NCBI RefSeq assembly: GCF_009914755.1
Contig: NC_060932.1
Length of the DNA: 64,000 bases
Source of the DNA: the human T2T-CHM13v2.0 reference genome, Homo sapiens
Strand: one strand, 5' to 3'
Below the pieces are notes generated by a model. The model made no database searches, had not been told where the DNA came from, and saw nothing but the letters and a program-made list of their open reading frames with translations. Made by a program: the position numbers and the translations under genes. Shown piece after piece: positions 15,152 to 36,326 of this stretch. Within the stretch, counting starts at the first letter, position 1; each line of letters begins with the position of its first letter.

Positions 15152-16439
15152 TTTTATTTAAATGCTCAATGGAATTCACCATGGAAACCTTCTGGGCCTA
15201 GAAATTTCCTTTTTGGGAGCTTTTAAATTATAGTTGAATATCTTTATTAGTTACAGGACGTAATAAGTAGTATTTTCATTAAATATTTTTCCACACTTTC
15301 TCATACATTTGAGCACTCAATAAATATTTAATCAACTGTTTTTCTCAGTGGATTTTGCAAAGACCCTTTCTAAATTAAAAGGGACATCACAATAACCAAT
15401 CATATAAACTAATTCTTAGTAAAATAAAATGCTCTCGTCTCCTGTGCAAAGTTCTTGTTCTGTTTTTTGTAGTTTCTAACAGCTTTGATATTTTAGGCAA
15501 GTCAGAACTTGCCTAAACAAATGCTTCATTAACAAACCTTTTTTATGTGTGATTACTCTGGTATTTTCTACTCTATTCTATATTATTTTTAAAAAATACT
15601 GGTTGCAACTCATTAAATTGATTTCAGGACCCACTAATGGGCTACAACCTGCAATTTGAAAAACAGTGATTTAAATATTCTCTCATGTCCCTTCTACTTC
15701 AGATATTTGCTACTAAAGGTGTCTACTGCTTTATTCTCTTGACTACAACACAAAGCATATTAGACACCTACAGCACTGTTATTTTACAATTTATTTTCAA
15801 ATCACTTCCAAAGTCGATTTAAGATAGTTTACAATAAATGCAGAGTTATGTTTTTAAGGGAAAAGGGAAAAATGAGAAATGATGGAGAAAGTACTTTTCC
15901 ACTTTTCAGGAATTAAAATAGTCATGGAAAGAAAAATAAAGTATCAGGAAATACAGGTATCAAGTCATTTAGTCTAAATTACTTCTCACTGTACTTTGTT
16001 AAAAGGAGATCAGAATTTCAAAGACCAGAAGAGGTTGCTGAGAGTGGAATTGTCCAGCCATTGCAGCCCTCCTTCCACGGGAGAAAAGAAAGAGGTCTTG
16101 GACAAATGTGGGATTCCTGTGGTCTGGAAGTAAATCTGAGGTAAATAGACCATCTCTCCACCACCAGAGCCTGAGCCTGGCTTATCCTCTTAGCTAGGAA
16201 AGCAGCAGCTACAAGTGCTGTTCGCTATTCTTCCTGTAATTACAAGAAAAAGAAAAAGACAAAAGACAAAACTCATTGAGAAAGAGAGGTTTGAACTGTG
16301 GCCAGAGAATGGTCTTTCCAGTGTTATCATAGGACACACTTTTCACTCTGTTTTCCCTGTCACTTTGCCATCCTTGTGACATTTCCTTATCACTTTGCCT
16401 ATTGTTCAGGATGTGGCCATGCTTCATAGTTTTCATGAG

Positions 16440-16600
16440 GTCCAAGACAAAAAACTGTAGAACCACAGATGTGAAGAGATCGTGAGGTCCAACCTCCCGA
16501 TTTTATAGATCCAGACAATGAGGCCCAGAGAGGTTAGAAGACTTGCTGAACATTGAACAGAGAGTTCATGGCAGAAGCCAGCCTACACCTATGACCCTTG
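16440..16600. mobile_element. MIR
   Basis: Core ttttatagat...tgaggcccagagaggttagaagacttgc. Confidence 0.6.
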
Positions 16601-17264
16601 CTGTCCTCCCAAGCCTGGATGTCCTGCTCTTCAGCTCTGAGCTTAAAGTAGCACGATTCAGCAGTAGGGTCATTTGCCCACATATACGGAAGTCATTCTT
16701 GCATCCACTTCTGTCAGCCTATAAATCAGAGGCAGGGAGGGAGAGAGAGTAGGTGAAAGAAAAAAGGGCTTTGCTGCTTCTGCCTTGCTTAACCAGTTCA
16801 GAAATTTACGGATTTCAGCCCTATCTAAAATATGAATTAGTGAGGTGTTGGAACACTGTAGAAAAATAGATGTGAGCCCTTACCCAGTGTTATGGTTAAT
16901 GGTCCAGCTGGGAAAAATCAAACCTTGTCACCGGCTAGTAGTCACCTACTAATTGCAAGACACTGTGGGTAATTACATAAGCCTGCCATACTGCCTCTTG
17001 CCCTCAAGGAGCTTACAATCAATTTGGAAGTGCAAGCAAGTACTCCTTGACCAAGTGACTGGATGTGTGAGCTCATAAAAGGTAACCAGTCATCCTTGAT
17101 CATAGAAACACGTTTATTTTCCAGTTGCTAATTTCAACAGCGGGCAAAACACAGGATCACTTAATGTCTTGAGTTTTATTCCAATGTCATGCTGCCCATT
17201 AGGACCAAGATCAGGCCTGTGGGATTCACAAAGCTGCCACAGTTTCACTCATAACTGCACACAG

Positions 17265-17425
17265 TGGGTGGGTATCTAGAATATGTGGAAGCAGTTACTA
17301 CAATCACTTCTATTTCTGGTAGTTACGGTTATTTTGCTCCCATCTGGTGGAGGCTGGAGACCATGTTCCCTCACAAACATGACAGCAGTAATGGCATTAA
17401 AGCATTACAAACTGTACCCCTGTGG
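17265..17425 (+). pseudogene. Cyclase-like fossil exon A (ATG 17283, signal peptide)
   Basis: Acceptor ...ctgcacacAG and donor G|GTGAGC. Encodes MWKQLLQSLLFLVVTVILLPSGGGWRPCSLTNMTAVMAL, then after a 1-nt shift at ~17400 SITNCTPV. Confidence 0.65.
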
Positions 17426-17454
17426 GTGAGCACCTGTTTGTATCTCTTAGAGGG

Positions 17455-17610
17455 GGCTCCAGTGGCATTTGAGTGGGACAAGATGTTGTCATGCAGGACT
17501 GCCTTGTGCACTACAGAGCATTTATATCCCTGGCTCTTGCTCACCAAATGTCAGTGGGCCCCAGGCATTGTGACAATGCATAACACCCCCACGTTTCCAA
17601 ATGCCCCTTG
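17455..17610. mobile_element. MER20-like hAT fragment
   Basis: tgttgtcatgcaggactgccttgtgcactacag...tgtgacaa...tttccaaatgcccc. Confidence 0.5.
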
Positions 17611-18239
17611 CCAGAAAAACCAATGTTCTATTTTTTCATCTTCTTTCATCAGGCATGATGCATGTCTAGACGAGTTGACAAGCATTCTGCTGATTTAGCG
17701 ACATTAAACCCAGCACTGATAGCCTTATTCCCGCTGCAAAAACCAAGGCTGACGTGCACTGCAGGATGCACAAGCACCATCCCTCCCACCCTTCTGGCCA
17801 TGATTACCATCCTGAAGTAGACTTAGAGATATGGAAGACCCTTTCATTTCAATGTTGATATCGTCCCGACAGACAGGCTGTCTTATCTGTCTCCTAAGGT
17901 GAAACAAAGGAGTAATCTTGGCAGGTAATCTCAGTGTAGCCTTTGCTTACTTCTTCTTCTAATTAAGAAACAAAAATCTGGCTTCCTTCCTCTCTTTCCT
18001 AATTCAGCCCAAGAGTCACTGAGCAGGCACAAGAAAGGGAGGTGACAGTGGCCTGGCAAGAGTGGTATTGGAGCAAGGTGGCAGAAGCAGCTGGTGGCAC
18101 CTGGCAATGGCAACAATTATGAGGACAGATTCAGAGCAGGGTGAGAGGCCCCTCATGTAGTCGAGAGAATGGCTACCTACAGGGGCCAGTAAACAAACAT
18201 ACTAAGGATGATGCAACCCCAAGACGTCAAGACAGAAGT

Positions 18240-19460
<1,221 letters not shown>

Positions 19461-20283
19461 TAAAATTGAGACAGATTAATAATTATAGATTGCATCTTAT
19501 AGATTATAAAGATGATGTAAATATATGTCAAGTATATGTCAGAGTGCCTCAAAGTGCAGTCTGTAGACAGACGTTGGTCTGCAGACGGTTACCTTGCCAC
19601 ATCAAGAGGTGAAGCTTGCACCATAATGTGTGTCAACCGCCTCACCAAGCACACTGTAGTTTAGCGGACAGGTTTTTAGTGCCTGACTTTCTCCATGAAG
19701 AAAGCAGTATGTTGATTTACAGTTTGCACCACGCTCCTCAAGCATCAGAGACCCACACTTTGAGTAGCGCTGGTGTAAATGACAATTAATCATGAGTTGA
19801 ACTTCATAAACGGGCATGTTAAATTGGAGTGTTCTCTAAGGTGAGAGTCACAGTTAAAAAATAGTCATAATCATATGAGCCCCAGGATCCCAGTTCAGAA
19901 CATACTCATGGAGGCATTTTGGATGGAAAAGATAGACTTGGCATGCACATGACCTAGAATGGACCATAAATCAGTCCAATAACCTCATGGACCTTTTTGT
20001 TCAAGATTATTTCTATCTATCGGCATCTCTACAGTCCTCAAAGGAGGAGAATGCCTCCCACACACCCTTAGTTCATCGTTGACTCTTCAGGAAATGAACA
20101 CCAGTGAGACTCTTGCAATAGAGAAGAAAAAGTAATAATTTAAGACTCATTCATGTTTAAGTGAGTTAGTACAGAGGAAAAGCTGTTTCATACAACTTTA
20201 GGAAAAACATCTCTTCATCCTAAAAGAGATATTTCTTCAAGTGCTGGTGTCTAGCAAACTGGAAAACAAATGTCTGCACATGA

Positions 20284-20462
20284 TTTTTTTTTTTTTTTTT
20301 TTTTACAGGTGGGGTCTTGCTATGTCACCCAGGCTGGAGTGCAGTGACTATTCACAGGCATGATCATCGCACACTACAGTGTTAAACTCTGGGCTTAAGC
20401 CATCCTCCTGCCTCAGTCTCTCAAGTAGCTGGGACCACAGGCACATGCCACCATGCCTGGCT
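20284..20462 (-). mobile_element. Alu right monomer (FRAM/AluJ)
   Basis: Poly(T) plus antisense right arm. Confidence 0.85.
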
Positions 20463-20857
20463 TGTACTTGATTTTTAAAGTTCTTGGCAATGTGTTTCTT
20501 AACAATTATCTTTGAAAAATTGTCTTTTGTTGGCATGTTCTTCTCATGCAATTGGAGACAGTTCTTCCTGCTAGTTTCACATTTTACCTTTTTGGTGGGT
20601 TCTACTTGCCCATTCCACACTGATAGGAGCATTTTTTTCCCCCTTTCTTTCCTTTTATTATTTTTATTTTTTAACTTCCTGTGTTAGGCACCAAACCATA
20701 CTGCTCTGCCCCTGTTACCAAGAACTTATGTTGCCAGTATAAATAAGATCACCTGCTTTGTGCATTGCCGTTCAGAGTGGCAGGGAGTTCAAGATCCAGT
20801 GGTTTCGGGGTAGCACTCCAGGCTGGTATACATGGCCTTTTGGACCATTCAAGTCTA

Positions 20858-21557
20858 CCAGCAGTAAGGAAGATTAAAGAAATTGGCAGGATCTTCAGTG
20901 TCAGCCAATATTATCAGCAACTGCTGCACATTCCGGAAGAACATCAACACCCCTACTTTGACCCACACGAATCAATCGTCCTTGCTGCACCAGTTCTTCT
21001 GTAGCACCTGGAAGTGCTGCCAAACAAGGGGCTGACTGGCCAGGGTTGGCTCTTCCAGCCAGCATTGTTTGTCCTGGGTCTCCAGAAACTGTCTCATCAG
21101 CACTGAATCTGCAAATATGAGTAACATACACCTGGACAGAGCCCTGGAGGGGGCAGAGAGGTTTTCAGGGATCAGCAGACGCGCTGAAAAACGGATCGTC
21201 TTGCTGCAGGTGTGGTGGCTGCCAAGGCAGGCAGAGCCCTTTGGATAGAGCCACATCTGAGGTATCTTTTCATTTCCAAGCTTTAAAAAAGCACGATGTT
21301 TCTTGATGTAGGTTCTCCATCGTCTGGCCTCTGCCTATTCCCATAGCACATCCCCTGCTGGCCACTGCCACACACTGTAGACGTCCACCAATGCCAAGTT
21401 GCTTGGTGGGCCCCACACACCCCATGCTATTTCCCACCTCCAGGCTCTGCTCATAAAATTCCTTCTGCCCTGTTGACTAGAGGAGTGCCCAGCATGGAGT
21501 AGCCACCCAGGCATGATTATGGAACTGAGCTCATGAGACTTCAGGTCCCTTCTCTTC

Positions 21558-21559
<2 letters not shown>
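20858..21559 (-). pseudogene. Unidentified coding-like fossil (possible retrocopy or lost exon)
   Basis: One - strand frame of 234 codons has only two stops (21335, 20972). The in-register + strand frame has the H/Q/L/V-rich composition typical of antisense-to-coding sequence. Confidence 0.4.
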
Positions 21560-21928
<369 letters not shown>

Positions 21929-22410
21929 TGATCAGAATTGTAAGCTGGAGAAGATAACACTTTCCATTAGATTAACCAACAACATGAATACAGCTTCTAG
22001 AAATATCTCAGGTAATGAATGAGACTGCCTCATCCAAATTACAAACATATCCAGGTTGTGATAATATCTGTTTCTGTTAACATAATGGTCCTTAGTTGCT
22101 ATGGTAATCTTCTCCGTTGACCTGACTCTAGTGGATGAGGTTATCAGGGCCCTATCACTTCCCAGCATCAAAGCAATCTTCTAATCTGCCACACAAACTA
22201 GGGCATTTTTGAAGGTCAGAAGGATTGCTATTTATAATACACCAATGCAACAGGTATAAATAAGACAGTTCCTGGCAAATTGAGATACATGGTGACATTT
22301 CCTATCAGACTTTAAAGTATCTCACATAAATAGATCCTCAACAAGTGTTTCCTGGATGAATATATTTGTTTTTTCCTCCGTTGTAATTTAAGTTTCTTAA
22401 GAACAGAGGT

Positions 22411-22738
<328 letters not shown>

Positions 22739-23209
22739 CTAATGTTTCTTCTAGATTACTCATAATGATGGATATACCATAGCCACTCAAAAATATCTGT
22801 TAACTGTCTTATGATGAGATGTTCTTTCCAAGTGAAAATTCCCTATGGGCAACTGGAAGTACAAGAATAGAACTTTGCTGAGAAGTTAAAGCTAGAATAT
22901 TTGGGTAGGTCTTTAGAGAATATAGGGTTAGCTTGGAATAGAAACCCTCCCAAGATACTATAGACACCTAAGAAAAATCAGTGAAGAGATCTGAAATATA
23001 TCCATAGGAGGATGAAAGCCTCCTGTTGTTTGCTGAGCTAGAGCAAGATAGAAGTCATGAGCTTTTACTAATCATTGTATTTTATAGTGTGAAGGGGGAA
23101 GAGAACTGGAGATTTTTTTTTTAGCCAAAAAAAAATAGTAATAAAATGGCTAATTTTAGGTAACATCAGCCTTTGGCAATAATACTTGAATGCAATAGAA
23201 TAAAAAGAC

Positions 23210-23618
<409 letters not shown>

Positions 23619-24531
23619 TTACAGATGAAAGAATTAAGGCCCAGGGAATTTAATTGACATCCAGTTACCTGTTCCCCTTCTGGAAAATTCTTGCTGTGAA
23701 AATTTGACATTTGATTAGCCATTGGTGAGACTTCAGCAGTCCTGGGGAAACTTCAGTCTTCATTCCAAGGTATGGCTACAGTTTTGCCCCTTTAGATTAG
23801 AAACTAGAAACTTTTGAAGTTTTGCCAAGCTAAGGGCCTTCTTCTCCTTGTTTGGTAACTCTAACTCCCATGAGGTCTAGGTTAGCAAATGTGGATCTGT
23901 TCTCGCAAGCAGCAGGAGAAGTGGAAAGAGGGAGATGGTAAATGGAAGTCATAAGCAAAAGTGGTGCCACCTGGCCTTCCCATGTGTGAAAATCCAGCCC
24001 TCGTCATCACTGGCCCACAGTGTGTAAGATGCTGACATGTGATTTAGACACCCCCAGAACCAACTGGAGAGGTCGGTCTCACAGTAAATTGAGGCCATAA
24101 ATTTATGACAAACAAGAAAGCTCCATTTTAAGTCCTGTTATAGTTTCAGCAGTGGCCAGAAATGTCACTTTTGCAAGGTCACTTTATTTTTGCAAGGCTC
24201 TCCTGGTATTTCAAGAATTCTCATTGTCACAAAATTATGGGAAGTAACACCTTGGACATTTGCACTTGGACCACTGCAAGGTTAAATTCACTCCCCAAAG
24301 TTATGCAGTGAGCCCAAAGGAAGGCATATTTTATGCCCATAACCTCATTCTAAAGCCATTTCTGAGAAGATCAGGAAGGTGAATTCTTCCATTGGCTGTG
24401 TCCCAAGCTGTCATTCTCAAAAAGACTGCCGTAGCACACTGAGTCGGCCCCATGCCTCTTCCTGCATTACTTCTTTTTTTTCCCAAGCAGGATGATTTTT
24501 CCAGCACAATTATTTAAATAAAAATAATACA

Positions 24532-24864
<333 letters not shown>

Positions 24865-26116
24865 TTAGAGATTCCAGAAACTGACAAGTTTCTTGTGCCA
24901 AGAAGGCACTAGCAAGAGCCTTAGTTTAATTTACTTAATGAAAACTTATGGATTGATGAATTCTTGGGAGAAGAGGCCCTGTGTCCAATCTACCGTGCTG
25001 TTAATATAGGGCTAGGCGTGGTACTGAAGTGGCATCATGGAAACTGAGTTCCGCAAGGAAGTCATAAATGGAAACAACCTTTTCTGCCCACCTTGGACAG
25101 ATTAGGCAGGGAGACAATTTTGGTAGGTGGGAAACATAAGCTGCCCAACTCCAGAGCACAGCCTCCCAAGATGGATGACTATCATACCCTTGAGTTTTCT
25201 CCCTTTGTAGGAATTAGTGCCTTATGATTGAAAAAAAAAAAAAAAGTGACCAGGCCAGGATCAAGGCACTCCTAAGGAATGGCAGGCCAGCAGCACGGAT
25301 TAAAACTTGATAGATCTGGGGGAAGCGGGGTTAGACAGAGTCAGAGATCTCGAGAACACCACATTAAGAACCAGAGATCCTGGCTTTATTATATGAATTT
25401 CATTACTGGAAAATATCTGGGAATTAAAGATATCAGTGATACCATGGATACTCTAAGATTCATGGTCCATAAGCAAAATTTTGCTGAGAGATTTATTTCT
25501 GGTTCCTGGCCACCAGAAACCAACCATAGAATTAGGCTAAGTAATTTCAGGAAGAGATCTCAGTTCACTCTGACTTACTGAGGAGCAAGTAGAGGTAAAG
25601 ACAGGAACAGTGAATTGCCCAAGATCACACAGGGGTTAACAACAACAGGGACCCACAGTCCAATCTCATGACTCTCAGACAAAAGCGTATCTTCCACATC
25701 CACAGGACTCCCTCCCTCTGGAGCCCCCTGGACTGCAGGCGTCTCTTGGATGCGGATGTTCCCCCTACACAAGGTAATCAGAAGGGTAAATATTCAGGGT
25801 GTGTATTTACATGACCATGAACCATGCTACTTTTTGTCTGTGAGGAAGGATGGATAAAACCTGTATCTACCACATTCTGATAAGAAAAGGGGCCTTCAAG
25901 TCAGGCAGATCTAGATTTTAGTCTTGCTTCCAAACACACTCAGCTGTGTGACAGAGAGACAACTTACTTGATCCCTTTAGGTTTCAACTCACTGATTTGC
26001 AAAATGAGAACAATACTTGCCCCTAATGTAAAGGTTTGGGGGAAGGCCAAATGAGATAATGTTTATGGAACATTTAGCACAGGGCCTTGCAAAGAATACA
26101 TAAGCAATTATTATTA

Positions 26117-26624
26117 CAGTTGACCCTTGAATAATGTGAAAGTTACGGAGGCTGACCCCCGCCATGCAGTCAAAAATCTGCATATAACTTTTGACTTCTC
26201 AAAAACTTAACTACTAATAGTTGACTTTTGACTGGAAACCTTGCCAATACTATAAACAGTCAATTAGCATATATTTTGCATATGTATTATATTCTATATT
26301 CTTATAATAAAGTAAGCTAGAGAAAAGAAAATGTTATTAAGAAAATCATAAGGAGAAGAAAATACATTTACAGCACTGTACTGTATGTATTGATACCGTA
26401 AGTTTCCATTGCCTGTTCACAAGATGAATAATCTGTCTGAAATGGTGGCAACCACAGCCTGCAGAGCTCAATCTATGGTACAGATCAAGCAAGTCAACTT
26501 TTTCTTGTAATGTCATGACTTTTCTCTGTTTCTTGGGAGCAATTTCAGTGTCACTAGGGGCACTCTATATGGATCTCATGATATTATTCAAGGTTTATGG
26601 TATTACACTAAAAAGAATGAAAAA
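26117..26624. mobile_element. Tigger2-family element, truncated on the right
   Basis: TA plus TIR cagttgacccttgaa; Tigger2 body (aaaaacttaactactaatag, aagtaagctagagaaaagaaaatgttattaag). Confidence 0.8.
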
Positions 26625-26790
26625 GTTTGAAACATTGCAAGCATTACCAAAATGTGACACAGAGACACAAAGTGAGCACATGCATTTGGAGAAATGGTGA
26701 TGATAGTCTTGTTTGATGCAGGGTTGCCACAAACTTTCATTTTGTAAAAAATTCAGTATCCGCAAAGCACAATAAAACAAGGTATGCTTA
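26617..26790 (-). mobile_element. Tigger1 5' end (first ~175 bp), inverted
   Basis: Reverse complement reads TA-taagcataccttgttttattgtgc...ggcaaccctgc...tgctcactttgtgtctctgtgtcacattttggtaat. Confidence 0.85.
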
Positions 26791-26792
26791 TA

Positions 26793-28645
<1,853 letters not shown>

Positions 28646-28652
28646 GATGGTT

Positions 28653-31630
<2,978 letters not shown>

Positions 31631-31772
31631 TACATAACATCAGAAAGTTGCATGGGACATTTGATGATTCTACATGGGAGAGAAGGTGATAGGAAGTAAA
31701 CTGTTGGTGGCAGGAGAATGGAGGTACTGGGTTCAGGTAAGCACTTGTGTGGCATTTCACCTCCCCCAACAG

Positions 31773-31876
31773 TGGAAAGTCTGGCTTATTCCTCTGACCT
31801 TTATGAACAAGACATTCCTATGTCCTTAGACGTTCTTTACTATGACTTCTACAACAACCTGGGCATCATATGGAAG
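31773..31876 (+). pseudogene. Cyclase-like fossil exon B (104 nt, phase 1 to 0)
   Basis: ttcacctcccccaacAG| ... AAG|GTGAGT; open frame (V)ESLAYSSDLYEQDIPMSLDVLYYDFYNNLGIIWK. Confidence 0.7.
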
Positions 31877-32227
31877 GTGAGTGACCTTATGTATGATAAC
31901 TAACAGTGTTATGAATTTGGGCTCAACAGACTTTCTTGAGATCTTTGAGAACTTGCCCTTGCCTGCCGTTGTGCCACATGCTATGAATCCTCTGCCTTCA
32001 AATAGCTTAAAATATATTTGGGGAGGTAAGTCAGAAAGACATAAAAACAATTCCTAACACTATAAGGCACCATTGAAGTTTCAAATAATCCATTCAGATA
32101 CAAAGTCACCAGGGAAAGAGAGTATTTAAGAATAGTAGGATTTAGAAAGGAATGGGGTTTGGGACTCCAGGAGTGGGTGTGCTGTGAGCAAAAGAAGACA
32201 ATGATCTTGATGATCTTGGCTTCCCAG

Positions 32228-32314
32228 GAAACAGAGAGCATGGGACACTGGCTGGAGGGGAACTTCACAGAATCATCCCGCCCTTCAGATGAAAGAAGCA
32301 GATGAAGACCTAAG
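32228..32314 (+). pseudogene. Cyclase-like fossil exon C
   Basis: cttggcttcccAG| ... AAG|GTTATT; phase 0 start ETESMGHWLEGNFT, then after a frameshift NHPALQMKEADEDL. Confidence 0.5.
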
Positions 32315-33087
32315 GTTATTGTTGGCTTCCTCTTTTGCCATTCATAAAACAATATACATGTTTGAATAGAAGCTTTGCAAACAATGATCGGGATGGTTGG
32401 CCAGATGTACCCTACAGGAGGTGGGAGAAAAGCAGCAATCTGTCCTAGCCCCAGGCAGGGAATGTATTATTTTATGCCAAGCAGAGCCCCCAAAATAGTG
32501 TAAAAAGCCAAGATCTCCGCTGTTGGTGTGATGAATTTCCCAGGAAGGGGAGAACAGAGGGGCTCCTTCCTTCTCTCTAAAACAAAGGAGAATGATTTGG
32601 CCCCAAGCAGAAGCAAGCAGAGGATAAATATTTACTGGCAATTTAAGGAAACAAGGGATGACGTTGCTCTGTCCCAACCAATGGAGTTGCTTCTCTTTAC
32701 TTGATGTTCTCTCAGCATTGTGTACACAGTTTCTACCTCCCTATGAGGCACTTGCATCTCTAACATCTTGGGATTTTTCTTCTCATTCTTTTGGATATGG
32801 GTGTCTCACTACCATATGATTACAAGCACCCCAGAGGCAGGAGCTACTTCCTCTTCCCCTTCAAGTGCCCCTGAGTTTCAGGATACTGCAATGCAATGAA
32901 CGGGTGTATAGTTGATGTGCCTGTCTAGTTAATCAAATGAATCTGGACAGAGCTGCTTTCTCTGCAGCTTTTACTACCCAGACCCCCACGTGTAGGCTGA
33001 CTGGGCACAGGCTGAGATAACCAACTGCCCTACAGGAACTCTGGAAGAAGAGGCCACTGATAACCTGGCCCCTGCTGTGCTGTTCAG

Positions 33088-33213
33088 TGTCTGTGACTCT
33101 GAGAGCACAATAGATTTTTCCTATCTCACTACAGAAATTCCATGGTGCCAGAGAGGAGGCCTTGGCTTGAGCCAGAGCCAGCTTTGTAAAAAGTATATAG
33201 TGGGACACAGAGG
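33088..33213 (+). pseudogene. Cyclase-like fossil exon D
   Basis: ctgctgtgctgttcAG|; encodes VCDSESTIDFSYLTTEIPWCQRGGLGLSQSQLCKK with the YL-x3-I-x-WC-x12-C signature. Donor AGG|GTATTA is uncertain. Confidence 0.65.
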
Positions 33214-34139
33214 GTATTATGTTAAAAAAGAGAATACCATAGAAGGGGCAGAACTAAGCAAAAATGATACCACCTCACTATAAAGAACATTTTTCTAATC
33301 CATCATTTGAATGCAAAAGCTACAAATAGTTTGTTGAGTGTCTATATCTACAAAGCACAAAGGTAGGGGCTAGCATAGGAAACTGCTAAAAGCTTAAAGT
33401 TTAACTTTGAAGAATGAGTAGGATTGGATTTCTAGGCCTGGCAATATGGCCAACTAAGAAGGTTTCAACAAAAATGTTTTTCAATGCACAGATGAGCTCT
33501 CAAGAAAGAAAATTACATCTCTTGTTTCCAAAAATGCAGACAGAAGTTTAAAACAAAGAGCCCAGAAAAAACATGAGAGACATTATAACTTCTCTAGGGG
33601 AGAGGTTGGAAGAATGAGCATTAAAAAACATGTGACCCGGGCGGTGCTTCTCAAACTGTAATGTACACAGGAGTCATCTCTAAGTCTTGCTAAGATAAAA
33701 ATTCTGATTCTGCAGTGGGGACTAAGGGTCTATTTCTGACAGCCCACAACATGCTGCTTCTGTGGCTGCTGGTTCAGGGCCCCCACTAGGGATCTATGTA
33801 GCATTGCGTCTTAAAGCCAACATTGAGACTACATGTTAACCTCAGCAAGGCTTTGAGCCTGATAAAACCATGGAGCTGGTAACTGAAATTCCTGCATTAA
33901 GCTGGAACCCTGCTAGAGCTGCCTCCTTGGTTATAAGATCAACTAGAAAAATCTACCCGTCAGTACCAAGGTATTACAAGAAAGTTTTTCTGTTTCTGGG
34001 TGGAGAGATAAAGTCTCTCTTGAAAAATTGGAACTCTAAGCCTATACCTTGCATGGATGAAGGATTCAAATTTATTTATTCGGCCTAGGAACCCGTAAGT
34101 TCAGGAACAAACATAAGAAAAAAAAAAAAACAGGTCTTA

Positions 34140-34460
<321 letters not shown>

Positions 34461-35128
34461 TTAAGTGATACCCACAGAGTCCCTGGCAGAAATAGAGATA
34501 ATAACATTAGAAGGATATTCTCACAACCCATGCCATGAGAAATTTTTACACACACACAATGTATATAAGAGCACAAATTGAAAATTACAAAATACATAAG
34601 ACAACAATTCACCATTCATTCACCAAGAATGAGCAGACAAAATAAATAGGAGAATTAGACTTGATAGAACAGAATGGCAATCAGAAAGAGAATATGAAAG
34701 AAAAATGTTTGAAATGATTAAATACATATCTACAGAAGACAAAACCCCTAGAAGAGAACAAGGCACTATGAAAGTAGAAAAAAAGATTTAAAAAAAGAAT
34801 TTTAATGAATAAGTCTCATCATTGAGATTAAAATGCAGGGCACAGCGTAACTGCAGATCAGCAAAACTGAATAGCGAATATGGGAATTGTAAAATAGATC
34901 ATTGTCATCTGCGATTGTAAAATATATGCACAGATTACCCTCTGCAACCAGAGAGATAAAGAGATAGAAAATATTACAGCATGTTAAGAGTAATGGAGAT
35001 GAAGAGTCGACATTTCACCGGATTTGAGTTTTGAGAGAATGAATAAGAATTCATACTTGAAGATGTTAGTCCCAGGCAGGACAGAGGAAACCAAATCTAT
35101 AGCAAGAAGCCTTGTACTGAAGCTACTG

Positions 35129-35169
<41 letters not shown>
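35129..35169 (+). repeat. (CA)n microsatellite
   Basis: About 20 perfect CA units. Confidence 0.98.
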
Positions 35170-35171
<2 letters not shown>

Positions 35172-35453
35172 TTTACAAAACCTTAAAAATATACAAGGGA
35201 AAAGGGAGAGAGAGAGAGGAGAAAAAAAAAAAAAACAGAAGGGAGGAGAGGAGGAAGCAATGAGAGAAAAAGACAGATTACACAGAGCATAACAATTCGC
35301 CTGACAAAAGGCTTCTCAGCGACAGCGACGGACACCAGAAGATGGTGGAATAATATTTCCAGCTGCTCGTGGAAAGTAATTTTAATCTAGAAACTATAGA
35401 GGGCTAAACTATTGAACAAATATAGAGATGAAACAAAAAAATATTCAGATTAA

Positions 35454-35756
<303 letters not shown>

Positions 35757-35924
35757 TTAAGACTAAGATAATATATTATTCACAGGCCCTCAATGAAAAA
35801 GAGTATATTTTCTAAAGAAGAAAACTGAACCCAAGTGGAAAGAATCAGATACAAGAAGCATTGGAATCTTAATCGAAAACAACATGACAATAAATGTGCA
35901 AAACAAGGGTTGGGGCAGTGGTCT

Positions 35925-36260
35925 CAGGGATTTGTTTCACTTTTCCACACACTTAGGGGCAGGGGATGGTTTGGGGATGAAACTGCTCCACCTCAGATCA
36001 TCAGAGATTAGATTCTTATAAGAAGCGTGTAGCCTACATCCCTCACATGTACAGTTCACAATAAGGCTCAAGCTCCTATGAGAATGGAATGCTGCTGCTG
36101 ATCTGACAGGAGGCAGAGCTCGGGCAGTAATGCGAGTGATGCGAAGCGGGTGTCAATACAGATGAAGCTTCTGACTGCTGCTCACCTCCTGCCCTGTGGC
36201 CCAGTTCCTAATAGGCCATGAACCAGTACCAATCCATGGCCTGGGGCTGGGGGATCCCTG
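35925..36260. mobile_element. MER1 (hAT-Charlie)
   Basis: gatgaaactgctccacctcagatcatcag...gatctgacaggaggcagagctc...ggggatccctg. Confidence 0.85.
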
Positions 36261-36326
36261 AGTTAGGGGACTTGGAGGGCTTTTATGGAAAGAAATAGTT
36301 GAAATGCATACACTTTGACCTTCAAG

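Noticed and set aside
17264-17698. 144-aa ORF MGGYLEYVEA...
   Set aside because: It overlaps fossil exon A in a different frame and runs into a MER20-like repeat. The signal-peptide frame fits better.
20858-21330. IQ-, PH- or TIR-like motifs in the minus-strand fossil
   Set aside because: Only short local resemblances with wrong spacing between motifs; no family can be assigned.
23881-23937. Phase 1-1 cassette (tAG|...ATG|GTAAAT) as an extra exon of the cyclase-like gene
   Set aside because: The acceptor is weak and there is an immediate stop. The direct A-to-B join already reproduces the BST1 NCTxxxExx spacing.
25279-25581. 100-aa ATG-initiated ORF in unique sequence
   Set aside because: No recognisable motif or supporting splice signals, and the length is within chance expectation for a 64-kb window.
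32716-32800. Exon-like segment after ttctctcAG
   Set aside because: It is contiguous with an L2 3'-end remnant, has no cyclase motif and no good donor.
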